A DNA stretch of 63,658 bases, filler included, from Intoshia linei (taxonomy: Eukaryota; Animalia; Orthonectida): assembly GCA_001642005.1 (NCBI GenBank). It is 4 parts of 4 records of this genome, joined end to end, with 100 filler letters (N's around TTAATTAATTAA, not from the genome) between each part and the next. Parts side by side here need not be neighbours in the genome. Positions count along the whole stretch, not along the records: positions 31,051 to 58,260 come from LWCA01000444.1; 3 more parts are not named here. One strand, 5' to 3'. How positions within the stretch are numbered: position 1 is the stretch's first letter; each line of letters starts with the position of its first letter. Positions 31,498 through 44,600 of this stretch are shown piece after piece. A program made the position numbers and the translations under genes. The notes under the pieces are model-generated. The model did no database searches. It worked only from the letters and a program-made list of their open reading frames with translations, and had not been told where the DNA came from.

Positions 31498-31908
31498 ACG
31501 ATTAAAAACGATGGCTTGGAATACAATGAAAAAAATTACCATTCTTCTTGTCTGATTTGTCATAAATGTAACGACAAGTTGTACGGAGAAAAATTTACAA
31601 AACACGAAGAAAATTTATACTGTAAGCATTGCTACTTGAAAAACTATGCTAAAGAATGCATTCGATGTTCTGAACCCATAAATGGTATCTCAAATTGATA
31701 AAACTATAGAGCTGACATTTAGACATGGAAGGAGAAAAATATGTTTCCTTCGAAGATAAACAATGGCATACTAAATGTTTTCATTGCGACAAATGTGATG
31801 ATTCGTTAGTTAATGAGGTTTATATTCTTTTAATTTATTTAATTATCATTTATTTAGCCCTTCGCTATGGCTGATGGAAAATTAAAATGCAAAAAATGTG
31901 CTAAATAA
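31498..31908 (+). CDS. FHL/limpet-like LIM-domain protein, last three exons; 5' part probably in the gap
   Basis: YHSSCLICHKC..LYCKHCY..YAKECIRCSEPI | EKYVSFEDKQWHTKCFHCDKC | PFAMADGKLKCKKCAK*. Compare FHL2 KYISFEERQWHNDCF. Confidence 0.85.
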
Positions 31909-32924
31909 TGCAAAAATTAATAAATTTTAATTACATATTTACAAAACACGTCTCACCTTTTTATTACATTTTTTACATTTGATTTTTACAATTTTATTTA
32001 TTTGATGTAGCTTATTATAAAAGAGGAATTATTAGATTAGTGACGTAATTAAAATAACAATACTTGATATACTATAAAGATTAAAAAATAACTCCAATGT
32101 TAGTTAACGGTTTAAAAATAAAATTGCGATTTTGCCAATTTGATAGTAAAAGGTGTAGTTGGAAACCCCCATGTTTTTTGGGTCAAAAAAATATTGAAAT
32201 GATCGATGGTGGTGGTTTTCGTGGGTTGAATGAGTTGACGAAAAAAGTTGCGTATCTTAAGCCAAATCCAGACATGTTTGATTTGTTGAAGGTGTTACAA
32301 CATTGGATTTGAATAAAGTGATTTGGCAGGTTGAGTTGAGGGAGAAAACATTTAACAACGTTTGATACAAATGCCACAGCATTGGAAATTTAAGCTGATG
32401 TAAATTGGTTTAAGTAATGGGTCAGTGATTTCATTATTTGTTGAAACGAAATGTTTCATGGATTATACCGGACCATTTTATTATGTTGTACATCACAAAA
32501 TTGATTCAATTGGCCTCGCTCGTCGACTTGGGATAAAACAATGTATTGTTTATATTTGTTTGAAGCAAAAAAACTAATTTCAAAACCAAAAGGTGGAAAT
32601 AGGTTAATCCTAGTAAAGATTACTTCTCACATCAAAAAAAACTGGTATAACCATTCAGAGGTCTAATCACATTATAATAACGTTTTGCAGTCGCACATAG
32701 TCCAGAATTGAGCCATGTACAGGGGTGTTTTAATGTGATAAAATCATACATTAAGCAGAACTCATAAATTTGAATCCTTCAGGTGATGTCGAAGCAGCTG
32801 CGATTAAAGAAAAAACTCTAGGGAAGATGAATTGGTAAATTTAGTAGAACCATCAATAATTCGACATTATTACTTCGGTTTAACAGTTGTCTTTTTTTGT
32901 CTATATTCCTATTTTGCCAATTTG

Positions 32925-33400
32925 ATGATAACATGGTGTAGATTTAGACACTTAAATAACACACAACCTCAACATTTCATCCAATTGTTCCCTAAACTTA
33001 TTCCTCAAATTCCCTGGAGTACGATACGCTGGCCCACGCACCGGATTAACATTATCACACAAGTTAATCTCATGTTTTAATAACTTACTTATACCTGTTT
33101 TTCACAAAAACATCACCAACTAGTTCACCATCTGACAAAATTTATTAGACACACAGCTAATTTTTCACTTACCTTGCCAATTTTTGTGCTCCCACACTAC
33201 TTACTTCTCAATCTCATTTTCTAACTCCTTCACTGTATTTGGATTATTTATAATATTCTCTACATTATTTTTATAAACACCAATTCACTAATTTATTTTA
33301 TTTCACCTGATTCCCCATTATTTTTTACTATACTTGCAAGAACACCAATTAATATGGAACTAACACACGATACGAATCATGTTGATTTATTTCCAAAGTA
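32925..33400 (-). pseudogene. Ty3/gypsy LTR retrotransposon pol relic (start of RT)
   Basis: KHEINLCDNVNPVRGPAYRTP..(frameshift)..QLDEMLRLCVI*VSKS fits the H.I....P....YR.P...Q..EML..GVI..S.S motif that precedes gypsy RT. Confidence 0.7.
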
Positions 33401-33659
33401 AACAAAATACAAATTTACACTAATTCCATCAAAACTTCACTCAATGTCAAAATTTTATGAATACCAATCACATAATAACATTGAAAAAACTACCTTATTG
33501 TTAATTAATTAGTTATTATTACCTTTGATTCTTTAAACTATTTTCTGTATTTCAAAAAGTCACGGTCAATTTTATCTTGAATATTTAGATTTTCATTTTT
33601 AATCCAAACATATACATGTACATACATATGTATATACATGTATTTTGAAAATACATTAA

Positions 33660-34200
33660 ATCCTATTTAACCAGGAATACGTAGATTTCTGAGGTTAAAA
33701 TTTTGTATTTAGATCACCTGTAATTAGCTGTATCAAAATAATCTTTTTGCAAATACGAGGACTATTAGAATACAGTTTGTTTATCAAACAAAAAAAATTA
33801 ATTATTTTTTGTGTGCTTTTTTAACAGTGAAAGCGTAACTTTGTAATATTGAAAATTTTTGGATGTGTTAATCGGATATAACTGTATGAGCTGTAAATTT
33901 TTTTTATTTATAGGACCTATTTCATTTAAAAAAGGGTAAATTGAGTGTCCACCATAAATATGTAAGTTTCTGAAGCTGCGATTTATGAAAATGCTAATGA
34001 CTTTAAAGCGCGTGTCAGAATGTATGTTTTTTAAATTTTAGGGCTGATATTATTTTAAAAAAAAAAGAAGGGGGAATTGGGTATTTGACCCTGAAGATTT
34101 AAATTTCTGAGAATGTACTTTGCGATACTGCATCAATCTTGAAAAACTGTATAAGAAATTCTGTTTTTTTAAATAGTACGGCTGTTAATTTTTTAAATAA
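33660..34200 (-). mobile_element. Diverged family A Helitron-like copy
   Basis: GGAATACGTAGATTTCTGAGGTT, GATATAACTGTA and GGGTATTTGACCCTGAAGAT blocks match 7520-7900 and 48935-49420. Confidence 0.65.
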
Positions 34201-34289
34201 ACAGCATCACAGATATTCAATTTCATACATACAATGTAGAAATGTATAAGTAAACGATTATATTCATATCTATAATAGAGGTGATCAAA

Positions 34290-34600
34290 ATCGTTTTAAT
34301 ATTCAATAACTCTTCTAACTGTAAAGATTCAAATTGGATGCCAAAGTTTGCATTTCTTGTTGATACTACATCTTACTTAAACAATTTCAACGTCTAAGTT
34401 TAAATTAATTAATTAAAGAATCAAATGATCTGTGCAATTCATAGTGTCGTGATAGCGTTTGAACGATTACAACTTTTGAATAAGAAACATTTTTTTAATC
34501 ACTTCCCAAATTTTCAACTTATTGATTTAAAATACAATGAAATAGTTCAGATATAGATATAGATAGATTTATTGTTGAAAAATGAATATTCACACCGTTT
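34290..34600 (+). pseudogene. hAT (Buster-type) transposase fragment
   Basis: DSNWMPKFAFLVDTTSYLNNFNV*...NQMICAIHSVVIAFE...NHFPN fits W...LAFL.DI...LN.LN..LQ. Confidence 0.65.
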
Positions 34601-34857
34601 TAATTATTTTCCCAACTTTTTGGCATTGATGTTAATTCCGTTCCATAATTTATCAAATTGTATATAATTATATAATTTTTCAATTCCAAAGTTTGGACTC
34701 CAAACATTAACGATCGAGAAAATTCTGTAAACTTGTAGGCAATGGAATTAAACAGCCCTTTGTAGAGTTAAATACTGTTTACAAGTACAACAAATAACAC
34801 AAGATTTGTATCTATAAATTGATAATTAAGATAAATAATACAATTGGTTTAAATATT

Positions 34858-35944
34858 TTAATATAAGGGCCAACAGCTTATGCTTCCATCATTGGAAGCT
34901 AAATAAATATTGGATGAATTGTCAAAAATAATCGAATTGACATTTTGCTTGTGGTAATTTAAGCAAGTCAATATAGATATGGAATCCTTTTCGAAAATAG
35001 TTACAGACCCATCAACTGTTGCGACTGCAGCAAGGTCCCCACAAAACTCTATAGTTTGAATAAATTCCTTTTCAATAATAATGGGAGGTAAAATTTGAGA
35101 TTTATATAAATTTGACTCTGAAATCAATAATCTAAATATCTTGTTTGTTGTAGACCCTGCCCACACTACATTATCATAAGCAACACTAAATATAGGTTCA
35201 TTAAATAATTTTATATAATCGATTGTATCGTTCAAAACTGATACTGAGCCATCCTCATTACCAATGATGAAATTAGGCCCTTCACTTATGCACATAATGT
35301 GCCCACGAGTCTGATTGAATGTAGAAATATAATTTTTTTGATTTTCACAATACAATCCTGGACCATTACTAAATGGAACACAAATCAAAGATTTTCTGAT
35401 AGCGACTCCACAGAAATTTGAAATGTCATTTTTTTCGCCCAAACTAATTTCTAAATACTTTAATTATAATGATAATTTACAATGTTAGCACTCTGGGATT
35501 TCCACACTTTTTTCACAGTGGAATGTAATAAAATATAAAATTTATCGCAGACCATTAAATAGAAATTACTAGGCATTAAAAAACATTGATAAAAAACGTA
35601 ATTAATTGACTTATAATTAGTAAAAATTGACCGGCATTTGAAAAACGTTGTTATAACTGATAACATTTCATTATAATATAAATACCTCGATTAGATTTTA
35701 AACTTGAATCCAATAAAAAAATGGTTCCGTTCGCATAAACGTAAATATCATTCTTTTCGTGAATAGATAAAATAGGATCCTCAAATTGTTTGGTTTGCAC
35801 GCTCCTACCTTGACGTAAATCCCACACCACAAATTCTCCATCCGTTGATCCACTATAAAGGGTATTTTTGTCGTGCAAATAAATTGATTTAATGGGTTTT
35901 CTATTTGACCTTAAAATATCAGTGAATACCAATCTGTCCTTCAT
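34858..35944 (-). CDS. GNB1L: WD40 protein, GNB1L/ASA1-like (3 exons)
   Basis: N-terminal LYSGSTDGEFVVWDL. The C-terminus ATVDGSVTIF...LTCLNYHKQNVNSIIF...LASNDGSISCWPLY resembles the GNB1L/Asa1 ending (SKDQRISLWSLY). Confidence 0.7.
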
Positions 35945-36105
35945 GTATTTTGTGCGAAAAATAATAAAATGTCTTATTTAATTTAAAACTAAAATAGTTA
36001 CATTTAAATTGGATACATATACTTATCAACCATTGACAACTTTAGTAGGAATAATATTTTATTATTTATCAAATTATATTTTTTACACAAATTTATGAAA
36101 TTGAT

Positions 36106-39100
36106 ATGAAACAGTTTACAGAAATTGATGATTTCATCGTAAGTCATGTTTATTTTTTGCTAAATATAGTCTAGAAAAGTACTCAGGATAAATGCTACAT
36201 GTTGATTCTCTGTTGTATAATATTTGTCATTTTGATAGTGTACCTTTTAAGAAAATATAGAAATGTATTTTGATATAATTATAAATTAAACATAAAATTT
36301 AAATCAATGTTTAGTTTAATGCACTGCTTGCTTCTTTTCAAGGTAAAGTATTCAGTAACAATTAAATTAACACTACATTTAAGTTAATTTTTTTTAAATT
36401 ACTCAAATTTAGACACCGTTAACCAAAATTCATACAGAGTTATTAAATATAACGAGACAAATTTACTTTTATTGCAAGATTTGAAAAAAGTGTTTTTATT
36501 TGTATTCTTTTAAATATAATTTTAGATGAATCAAAAAATTTTACATCAAAATGTATATAAATCAAATTTTTATCTATTATTTAAGTTTAGGATAACCAAG
36601 AAAAACTAGAAATTAAATTAAAACAAGCAAAAAATGATAACATTTTATTAAATGATCAAATTTTAAACAAGAATAAAAAATTAGAAATTCAGGATAATAA
36701 TGTACGTTTTTATTTAATATTTGCATTTTATACATCTTTTAGTTATCCGTTTACAACTCGACGATAAAAATGGTTTATAATTATATATAAACAATATTGT
36801 AAAAGTAACACTGCGTGTTATATACTTGATACACACTGTGTATTACACAGTTGTTGGAAAATATAGAAATAACAAATTTTAAATGTTATCGCATTGTGAA
36901 AGTTTCACAAAAATTGTTATTTTGGATGTTTTTAATGTTTAACCGTTTTTTGAATACGTATTTTTGACACGCCTGTTCTGGACATCCACATTTTAATTTT
37001 ACTTGTTGTGGTTTTGAAAAAAAATTTAAATTTGCCTAAAAATACTGGAGAAAGTAACTGTCAAATTTCAATTTAGTTAGAAAAAAACCAAGAAAAAATT
37101 GAACACGAAATGTTGCTTAAAATTCAAGATTTAAATTCAAATGAATTAAATTATAAATCTGTAATATTTGAAATTTTTTCATTTAAATGTTAATATAGAT
37201 GGAACAAGATAATTATCGATTGAAACAAGTGTATTAACACTTTAATAAATATTTTTAATTGTTTTTAAAATTTAAGGAATGAAACTATGGCCACGGAATT
37301 ATCTGAATTTAAGAAACAAGAAAAACTTTTACAATCTCAGATAGATTTTCACCAAACAGAATGGGATATTCTTAACGAAGCTATCCAATACAGTGGTATT
37401 TATTATTGACCTTAATTGACCATATCTTAATCCTTAGATAATCTTAAATTATGTTGAATCCCAAGATTATATTCCTAATATTTAAAAAAAACTTGCCTTA
37501 AAAACCCTATCAAATTTTGGACCAAAAATTATCTTTAAAAATTTTCCCTTAAAGAAACTACAAAATTTGGTTCAAAAATCAAATAATATCAAAATTAAAA
37601 ACAATTTTTTCTAAATTGATTTTATAATGAATTTGAATAAAACAAGTAACTTTCATAATCATTACACTAGCGTAGTCACAATTTTACCAGTATATTGTGA
37701 TTTTAACAATAATAAATTTGGTTTAAGTGTTGTGACGAATGAAAATTGTATGTTTGGATAATTTGTATCTACTTTAAAGATTGCGAGAAAAATATGTTTC
37801 AAAATCAAGTCTAGGATGTGAAACCGACAAACTTCATAAGTAAAATTAGTTATAATAGATTTTAAATATGTTATGACACCTTGTTTTTTACCTGTGTTTG
37901 CGTTTGTCGTATCGCAAATTACCATTGCAATTTGATCATTTAGAATCTAAATATTTTAGATTAAATTCCTCCAAAATATTTGCAATTTCGTCATATATTG
38001 TACGACCCTTAGTACTATTCAAAGATCGTAAGGCTATAAGTCTTCCGTAATTTTCTCCAGAAATGCAAACTGCCAATTTTTCTATTTTACGTCCGTCGTA
38101 TCATATTATACGTTTTCCGTCAAATTGCAAACAGAATTTTAATTTAAAAGACAATAAATCATTTTTTAATGTATCTTTAACAGTTTTTAAAATTTTGTTG
38201 GCATTATAAAATATGTGGTACTTATACTTGGTATTTTTGAATCATTAATTGACAAATTTAGCATTTTACTCACCTTTCGAGAGGAAGTATTTGTAATAAT
38301 AGATGCTACAGCGGATTATTTTGCTGAAATAGTATCAAATTGATTGAATGTATAATCTTCATCCATTAAGTCATCCGAATGAGGTTCAATTAATTAATTG
38401 AGAAACCGAAAAAATAAAATCTTGATTTTTAATTCTTTTTCTTTTGTTAATAATAGAATTATCATCGATAGATGATGAACTGCATTGACCAAAATTTTCT
38501 TGGCTATTTAGTTGTGTCTGTAAAAATCTTTCATCTTTATCATTTAATTTTTTGATTTTATCATGTAAATCCATAATTTGATTAAATGTTGGCTCAGTGT
38601 TTTTTAGATTTTTTCTATCGTTCTTATTTCTGTTTATGAATTTTTGATAACTGAATGAACTTTCAATTTAACAAGAGATAAATTAATCGGTTTTAAACTA
38701 AATTTTAACCATAATGAATGTAATTCGCACGCTACATAATCTGATATTTTATTAGTTGAGATAGTATATTGATTTGGTAGATAATGATACCATCCAATAA
38801 TGATTCTATTTTGCGGTAGGAAAGACAAGTCGGTCAAGCATTTATCAGTTGTCATTCCATATGATTTACCTCTACATTTATTAAGTCTATTCAAATTAAC
38901 TTTTTCTCTATTCATTGCAATAGCTTATATATTAAATCCAATTTATTAAGAAACGTGGAGTATCCAAGATACAATTGGTGTTGTTATATAGATAGTTTAG
39001 TTTACTACTTATAATAAGTAGTAAATATAATATAATAATAATAAATCTTATTGAAAAAATGATTAATTTAAAATTAAAATGTACATTACAAATGTATACG

Positions 39101-40675
39101 TTTTAATAATAATAATTATAAAAATAGTATTTCAAATAACTTTAACTTCATATTAATTTATATTTAAATATGCAAGGGTCCCCGCCGGAGCAAATGTTAA
39201 TATCATGGTCTATAAATTTGTATATACCATCCTTGAGGTAAATGGGAAACATGGGCGAGGTATACTTTTTCTATAAAAAAAAGTTGGACACCCTAATGTA
39301 TAATAGTTTTGAAATAAAAAAAATGAATACTAAAGTACTTTTTTGACCACGAAGGCGTTACTTTGTCAGGTTGAAATTTTTTGGTGCGTGTTAAATAGAT
39401 ATAGATGTATCAATGTAATTTTTTTGAAATTCTAGGACTATTTTCATTTTTTAATAAAAAAATAATCTGTGGTTTTGACCATGAAAGTATGCGTTTTTGA
39501 GGCTGACGTTTAAAACAATATTAATGATTTTATTTTTAAACAAAAGGGAAAATTGGGTTTTTGACCTTGAAGGATTCAAATTCTTTTACTTTTTTCCAAA
39601 AATCAAAAATCCATTGTTTCCAATATTTTTTTGAAAAATCAGTTTTTACCAAACCTAACAATTAAAAACCTCTTAATCCAACCCCAAAAGAAAAAATCCA
39701 CTTTTTCTAATTTTTTTTGAAAATTCCGATTTTACTCATAAAAAATAATAATCCCTGAAAAAATAAAATTTTAAATACCTACACTACATAGTTTTTTCCT
39801 CTATCATTTATTTCGTATGAAGGGGTGATTCCCAAACTGATTTACCATGAACCGATCAATTTATGATAATGTTAATAATTTTAAAATCTGTATTCTATTC
39901 ATATCTATTAAAAATTTTAGATGAAATAGATTTAACCAAATTAGAAACTAAAGACATTAAAAAAGTCTAATTTACCTGAAAAATTGTTAATTTAAATTTT
40001 AGATGGCGACTCACCAAGAATATGCCAATTTAAAAATATTAAAATTAAAACATATCAACGAAATTGACACACAAGTTTTACACGATATTCAAAGTTTACA
40101 TTATAATGTTTCCAATCATTAAATTTACGTTTATTAGTAAAACTCACTGATTTTCAAATTGAGAATGACCAATTGAAAAATGAAATTAAAGAGTTGAATT
40201 ATAGTTTAGAAAATAAAAAGATTGAAACGTTTATAATTTAAAACTATAAAAGATATTTTTAATTTAGAAATTGTGAATCTTGTCAAAACATGGAACCAAA
40301 CAATGACAAATTTGAGGAAATATTGTATACATTGTATTGGCAATTTCTTTGATTATTTTAGATTAGAAATTAAAAATCTATCAATAGACATTTATAATAT
40401 GATGCAACTTTTTGAAGATGGCGTAATTTTAATATTGACATTTTAAAATAAAATTTAGGAGCAAATTAATAAAGATAAACTAAAAGATTGCAAGGTTGTT
40501 TGATTTTTAAATTTTAATTAAAAATTATTCAATGTAGAAAGAAACTACTCAGGTCAAGCTCCGATTAAAACGAATAACTGAAGAATCGAGAATATTACGT
40601 ATGAGGTATTTGCAATAACGGTCAAATGGTTACTATAATTAATTTAGATTAACTGCAGCAGAAACAAAAAATTAA
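36106..40675 (+). CDS. Uncharacterized coiled-coil protein with many micro-exons
   Basis: ATG at 36106, then a series of short exons separated by ~35-70 nt GT-AG introns. Heptad-rich peptides (QEKLEIKLKQAKNDNILLNDQILNKNKKLEIQ; KETTQVKLRLKRITEESRILRMRLTAAETKN*). A ~2.5-kb intron holds a Sola2-like element. Confidence 0.6.
37600..39293 (-). mobile_element. Degenerate Sola2-like DNA transposon (broken transposase and one terminus)
   Basis: FCLQFDGK..*..KIEKLAVCISG and ICDTTNANTGKKQGV...CRFHILDLILKH match the (H/Q)(W/F)DGK / DTT..NTG / CRHH pattern. Terminus GGGTGTCC is flanked by TAAT. A second copy of the end lies at ~58565-58682. Confidence 0.7.
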
Positions 40676-40697
40676 TAAAAGAATATACCAAATAAAT

Positions 40698-41663
40698 TTA
40701 TTCATATTGAACCATATCGTCAATTACTTGTTTATTTTCCTGGAAATAGTTTTGATACCAATTAATGTGATCGCGTTTTTCTTGAACTGTAAAATGCTTG
40801 TTGTGAGATAAACCATATGCTACAAGTTGAATAAAATCTCGAACTGGACCTTTTTTTGGAAATTTAGATAAATCGAAAAAAATGTGTTGGTGAAATGGCA
40901 CATTCTCTTCAAAATCTAATTTATAATTTTTTTTAAACTTTAACATTTTGCATGCCTTGTTCGTTATCTATGGGGTATTTCCAAGATATTTTTCTGTCTA
41001 GTAAATCGATTTGCTCTTCATAATAGTTTTTAAAAATGTATCGGTTGCTTATTTGTTTACTTTTATCACTTAATTCTTCGAACAGGGTTTTTTGGTCAGC
41101 ATTTTGTTTAGAAGCTATGATTTAATTATAATTATTATCAAACGGAATTTAACCAGAATGTCTAAATAATCCGGTTTTGGGTCCGTCGAACAACCCGAGA
41201 TTCGAAGGTGCGCTGAATATTTAATAATATTAATGTCATGTTTACCTTTTTTTGGTTCCAACATCTCGGACGTTCAATGTTTCCATTCTATACAATAAAA
41301 TTGTTATAAATGTTTGAAAAAAATTACTCGTCTGTATCAGATTTTACAAATGCAGACATATCTTGTATTATGTTGATTAGGCTGTTTGCATCATTTTTTG
41401 CTTTTTTTATGTCAAATTTACTGGGTTCTGAGTTTATTTGGGATTTTAATTTATTCTTTAAATCTTTATTCATTTTACTTTTCCCGTCATCATCCAGTTT
41501 CCCAGTAATGTCATCAATCAGGTTAAATAAAATTCTAAAAATTAATTATATTATATCAAATCATATTACCTATTTGATTTTGACATACATCGGTTCAAAC
41601 TACATGTAGACTTTAATTTATAATATTGGAAATAAACCTAGATAAAATTTTTACAGAAAGCAT
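40698..41663 (-). CDS. MRPS31: Mitochondrial ribosomal protein S31
   Basis: NYYEEQI...WKYPIDNEQ | FEENVPFHQHIF...FPKKGPVRDFIQLVAYGLSHNKHFTVQEKRDHINWYQNYF matches the MRPS31 C-terminal domain. Putative first exon ATGCTTTCT. Confidence 0.88.
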
Positions 41664-41699
41664 TGGATCAATAAAATAAAACTTTATTTAATATTCTAA

Positions 41700-44600
41700 A
41701 TGAGGTACAATTAAAACATAATTTTTATTTTTAATTTTTTAGTTTGACTGGATTAACAGTGTTGATTACTGGTGCCAGCAGAGGCATTGGAAAAGCTTTG
41801 GCATTAAGATGTGCAACTCATGGTGCAAATATAATAGCTACGGGTAAAACTTCCGACCCTCATGCTAAGTTGAAAGGGACTATTAACGAGACTGCCCAGC
41901 AAAGTTTTTAATTTAAATTTTTAAATAATTATTAATTTTTAAGTCAAAGAATTGCACGGAGAATGCTTACCACTCCAATTGGACGTTAGGGACGAAGAAA
42001 ACGTAAAGTATGTGGTATCCGAATCGGTCAAACAATATGGTAGAATCGATATTTTGATCAATAATGCCGGAGCTATATATCTGACCAATACACTTAAAAC
42101 CTCCATGAAACAATATGATTTGATGAATAGTGTTAATGCTCGAGGAACATATTTAATGTAACATTATATTTATACATCTGATGGGCAATCTTTTGCGATT
42201 ACAAATAAGGTACTCTAAAATATTTATTTTGGAAACCAACGTTTATTGAGTTATCCAAAATTTAAAATTTCACTCTTTTTCGTGTATCCCATGAAAAAAA
42301 TTTTATGTAAAACGTTTTAAAGTAAATAAAATAAAATAATGTAATGTAAAATAAAGTATATAAATAAACCACTTTTTGAATTGGAAGGAGGAAGACTGAA
42401 AATGACACAGCGTTGGGTGCTACTGTGATGTAAGATAAGATTTGTATTTACAATTTTTTTTGAATTTACAATCGGGTCAACTTTTGGAAACCATGAATTA
42501 ATGTATATTATTTAAATAGGTCAAAATATTGCATAAATCACATGAAAAAATCAAAGAATGCGCACATTTTAAATTTAAGCCCTCCCATCAATCTTAATCC
42601 TGTATGGTTAAAAAACCACGCTGCGTACACACTTTCAAAATACGGAATGTCCATGTTTACAATAGCCATGTCCCATGAATTGCGACCTTTCAGTATTAAA
42701 GTCAATTCATTGTGGCCTCAAACAGCGATATATACTGCCGCAATGGAAAGGTTGGGTGGTGGAGATGGGGTAAAAAAGTTTTGTCGTTCCTCCGAAATTC
42801 TTTGTGATGCTGTTGAGGAAATTTTTAAAGATGGATCTGATAAAAACAGTGGAAATTTGTATATTGACGAAGAATTGTTAAGGAAAAAGGGGCATATTGA
42901 TTTTGAAAAATATTCTCTAGGTGATGCCACTTTATTAACCGATTTTTTTATTGGAGATTCTGTTCCCACTGACTTTTCCGTAAAAAAAGATGTAAATATC
43001 CAAAAAATTGTCGAAAAAGTTGCTAAATCTATCAATAATGATATGATACAACAAGTCGGTGCAAAGTTTATAGTAGATTTTGGTGGTAAGTTTAATTTAT
43101 AATCAAGGTCAAATTAGCAAATTTACTTGTGTTTTTTTGTGTCATGGTGGTATCTTGCAACCGGTTTAACTTTAACTAAAATATAAAACATTTAATAAAA
43201 AATTAAAGGTTTTTTCTCATAAGATTTGGTAAAATCGTGTTTTTCAAAAAAATATTGAAAAAGGGAATTTTTATTTTGGGGTTTGATTAAGTGGATTTTT
43301 TAAAAAAATCTTGGTAAAAGTCTATTCTTTCCTGAGGGTTTGAAATGGTACTTTTTTATTAATTTTTATTAAAAGTGGAATTTGTGAAATAATAATGTAG
43401 CGGTCGTCTAGGATTTGGGATAAATGGCATACATCTGAACCAGATGATCTGGTAACTCCGTAATAAATACTAAAAATTCTGTTATCAAAAATAAACAAAA
43501 GTTGATAAATTAATAATAAGGACCCTAGTCTTATAATTTTAGACCCTCAATCTAGAACCACTAATGTAGAGGATTAGGTAACTCGCAACAGGCTAATTGT
43601 AGAGAGAGCGAATGATGAAACTTGGATCGACGTTCTAGTCTCTAGAACAGGGGTGCACAACATGCGGCCGTGAGTAATTCATGTGATCACTGATCATAGT
43701 TAAATACATTTTACTTCAAATTGAAAAGTTTAAATCAGATTTTATTCAATATTTGTGTCAAAAAGTTACATTTTTGACTATGGCCACTTTCTCAAAATGG
43801 ATTTAAACTTTCTCAATGTCATTACATTGTGTGCGGCCGTAGTATTAATGAGTAAAGTAGCTTTCCGGCTTAATTGGTAGAAAGGTTGTGCACCCCTGCT
43901 TTAGAATCTAGTGCTGTGATGACCAGACTTTTCAGTTGGTGTATCAAAAATTTTTTTTGCTGTTTTCTTCTATAGTTGAGTATAACTTTTAAATGATAAA
44001 CAATTTTAGGTATGTATACTTTTCTATTATTGCATTTTTAACACCATATTAAAAATTTCAAATAAGTTTTGGAAGATTATTAGGCAGAATCCCTAGTTAC
44101 TAGTGACACGCGCGTTATATTTTTGCCATCACTGTTCTAGTGCGTCACGAGAAGATCGATATCATGTGCTAAGTATTTTTTTACTCATTGGGTGCACCGT
44201 TAAACTTTTCATTAAATTTGAGTGCGCCTACAGTAAAAGGTTTTGAAACCGCTGATCTAGAGAATGGACATCCAATTTAATAGATTAAAAATAAAATTAT
44301 ATTTATATAATTTATTTTTAATCTTATAATTTTTATCGCCCGTTAAAGAACATTGGGTTAAACCACTGTTTCCCAACATTTTTTATGCTAGGCCCCACTT
44401 TGAGTCTTGAAAAAATCCCAGGCCTATTAAAAAAAAATTCGAGCGAATTATAATAAAATAATGATAAAAATAATAATAATGTATTTATTTTTTAGAATTA
44501 ATGAGACGATTGACCCTGATGATTCTGACAGAGTTTATTAATATTAGGCACTAATGTTGTAAGCTTTAATCGTATGTCTCCCTTTTTTGAAATTTGCAGT

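Noticed and set aside
42718-43035. Antisense ORFs over real genes (also 14890-15093, 29937-30245, 41310-41609, 44970-45227, 62738-63043)
   Set aside because: Shadow ORFs of codon-biased exons, with no independent motifs.
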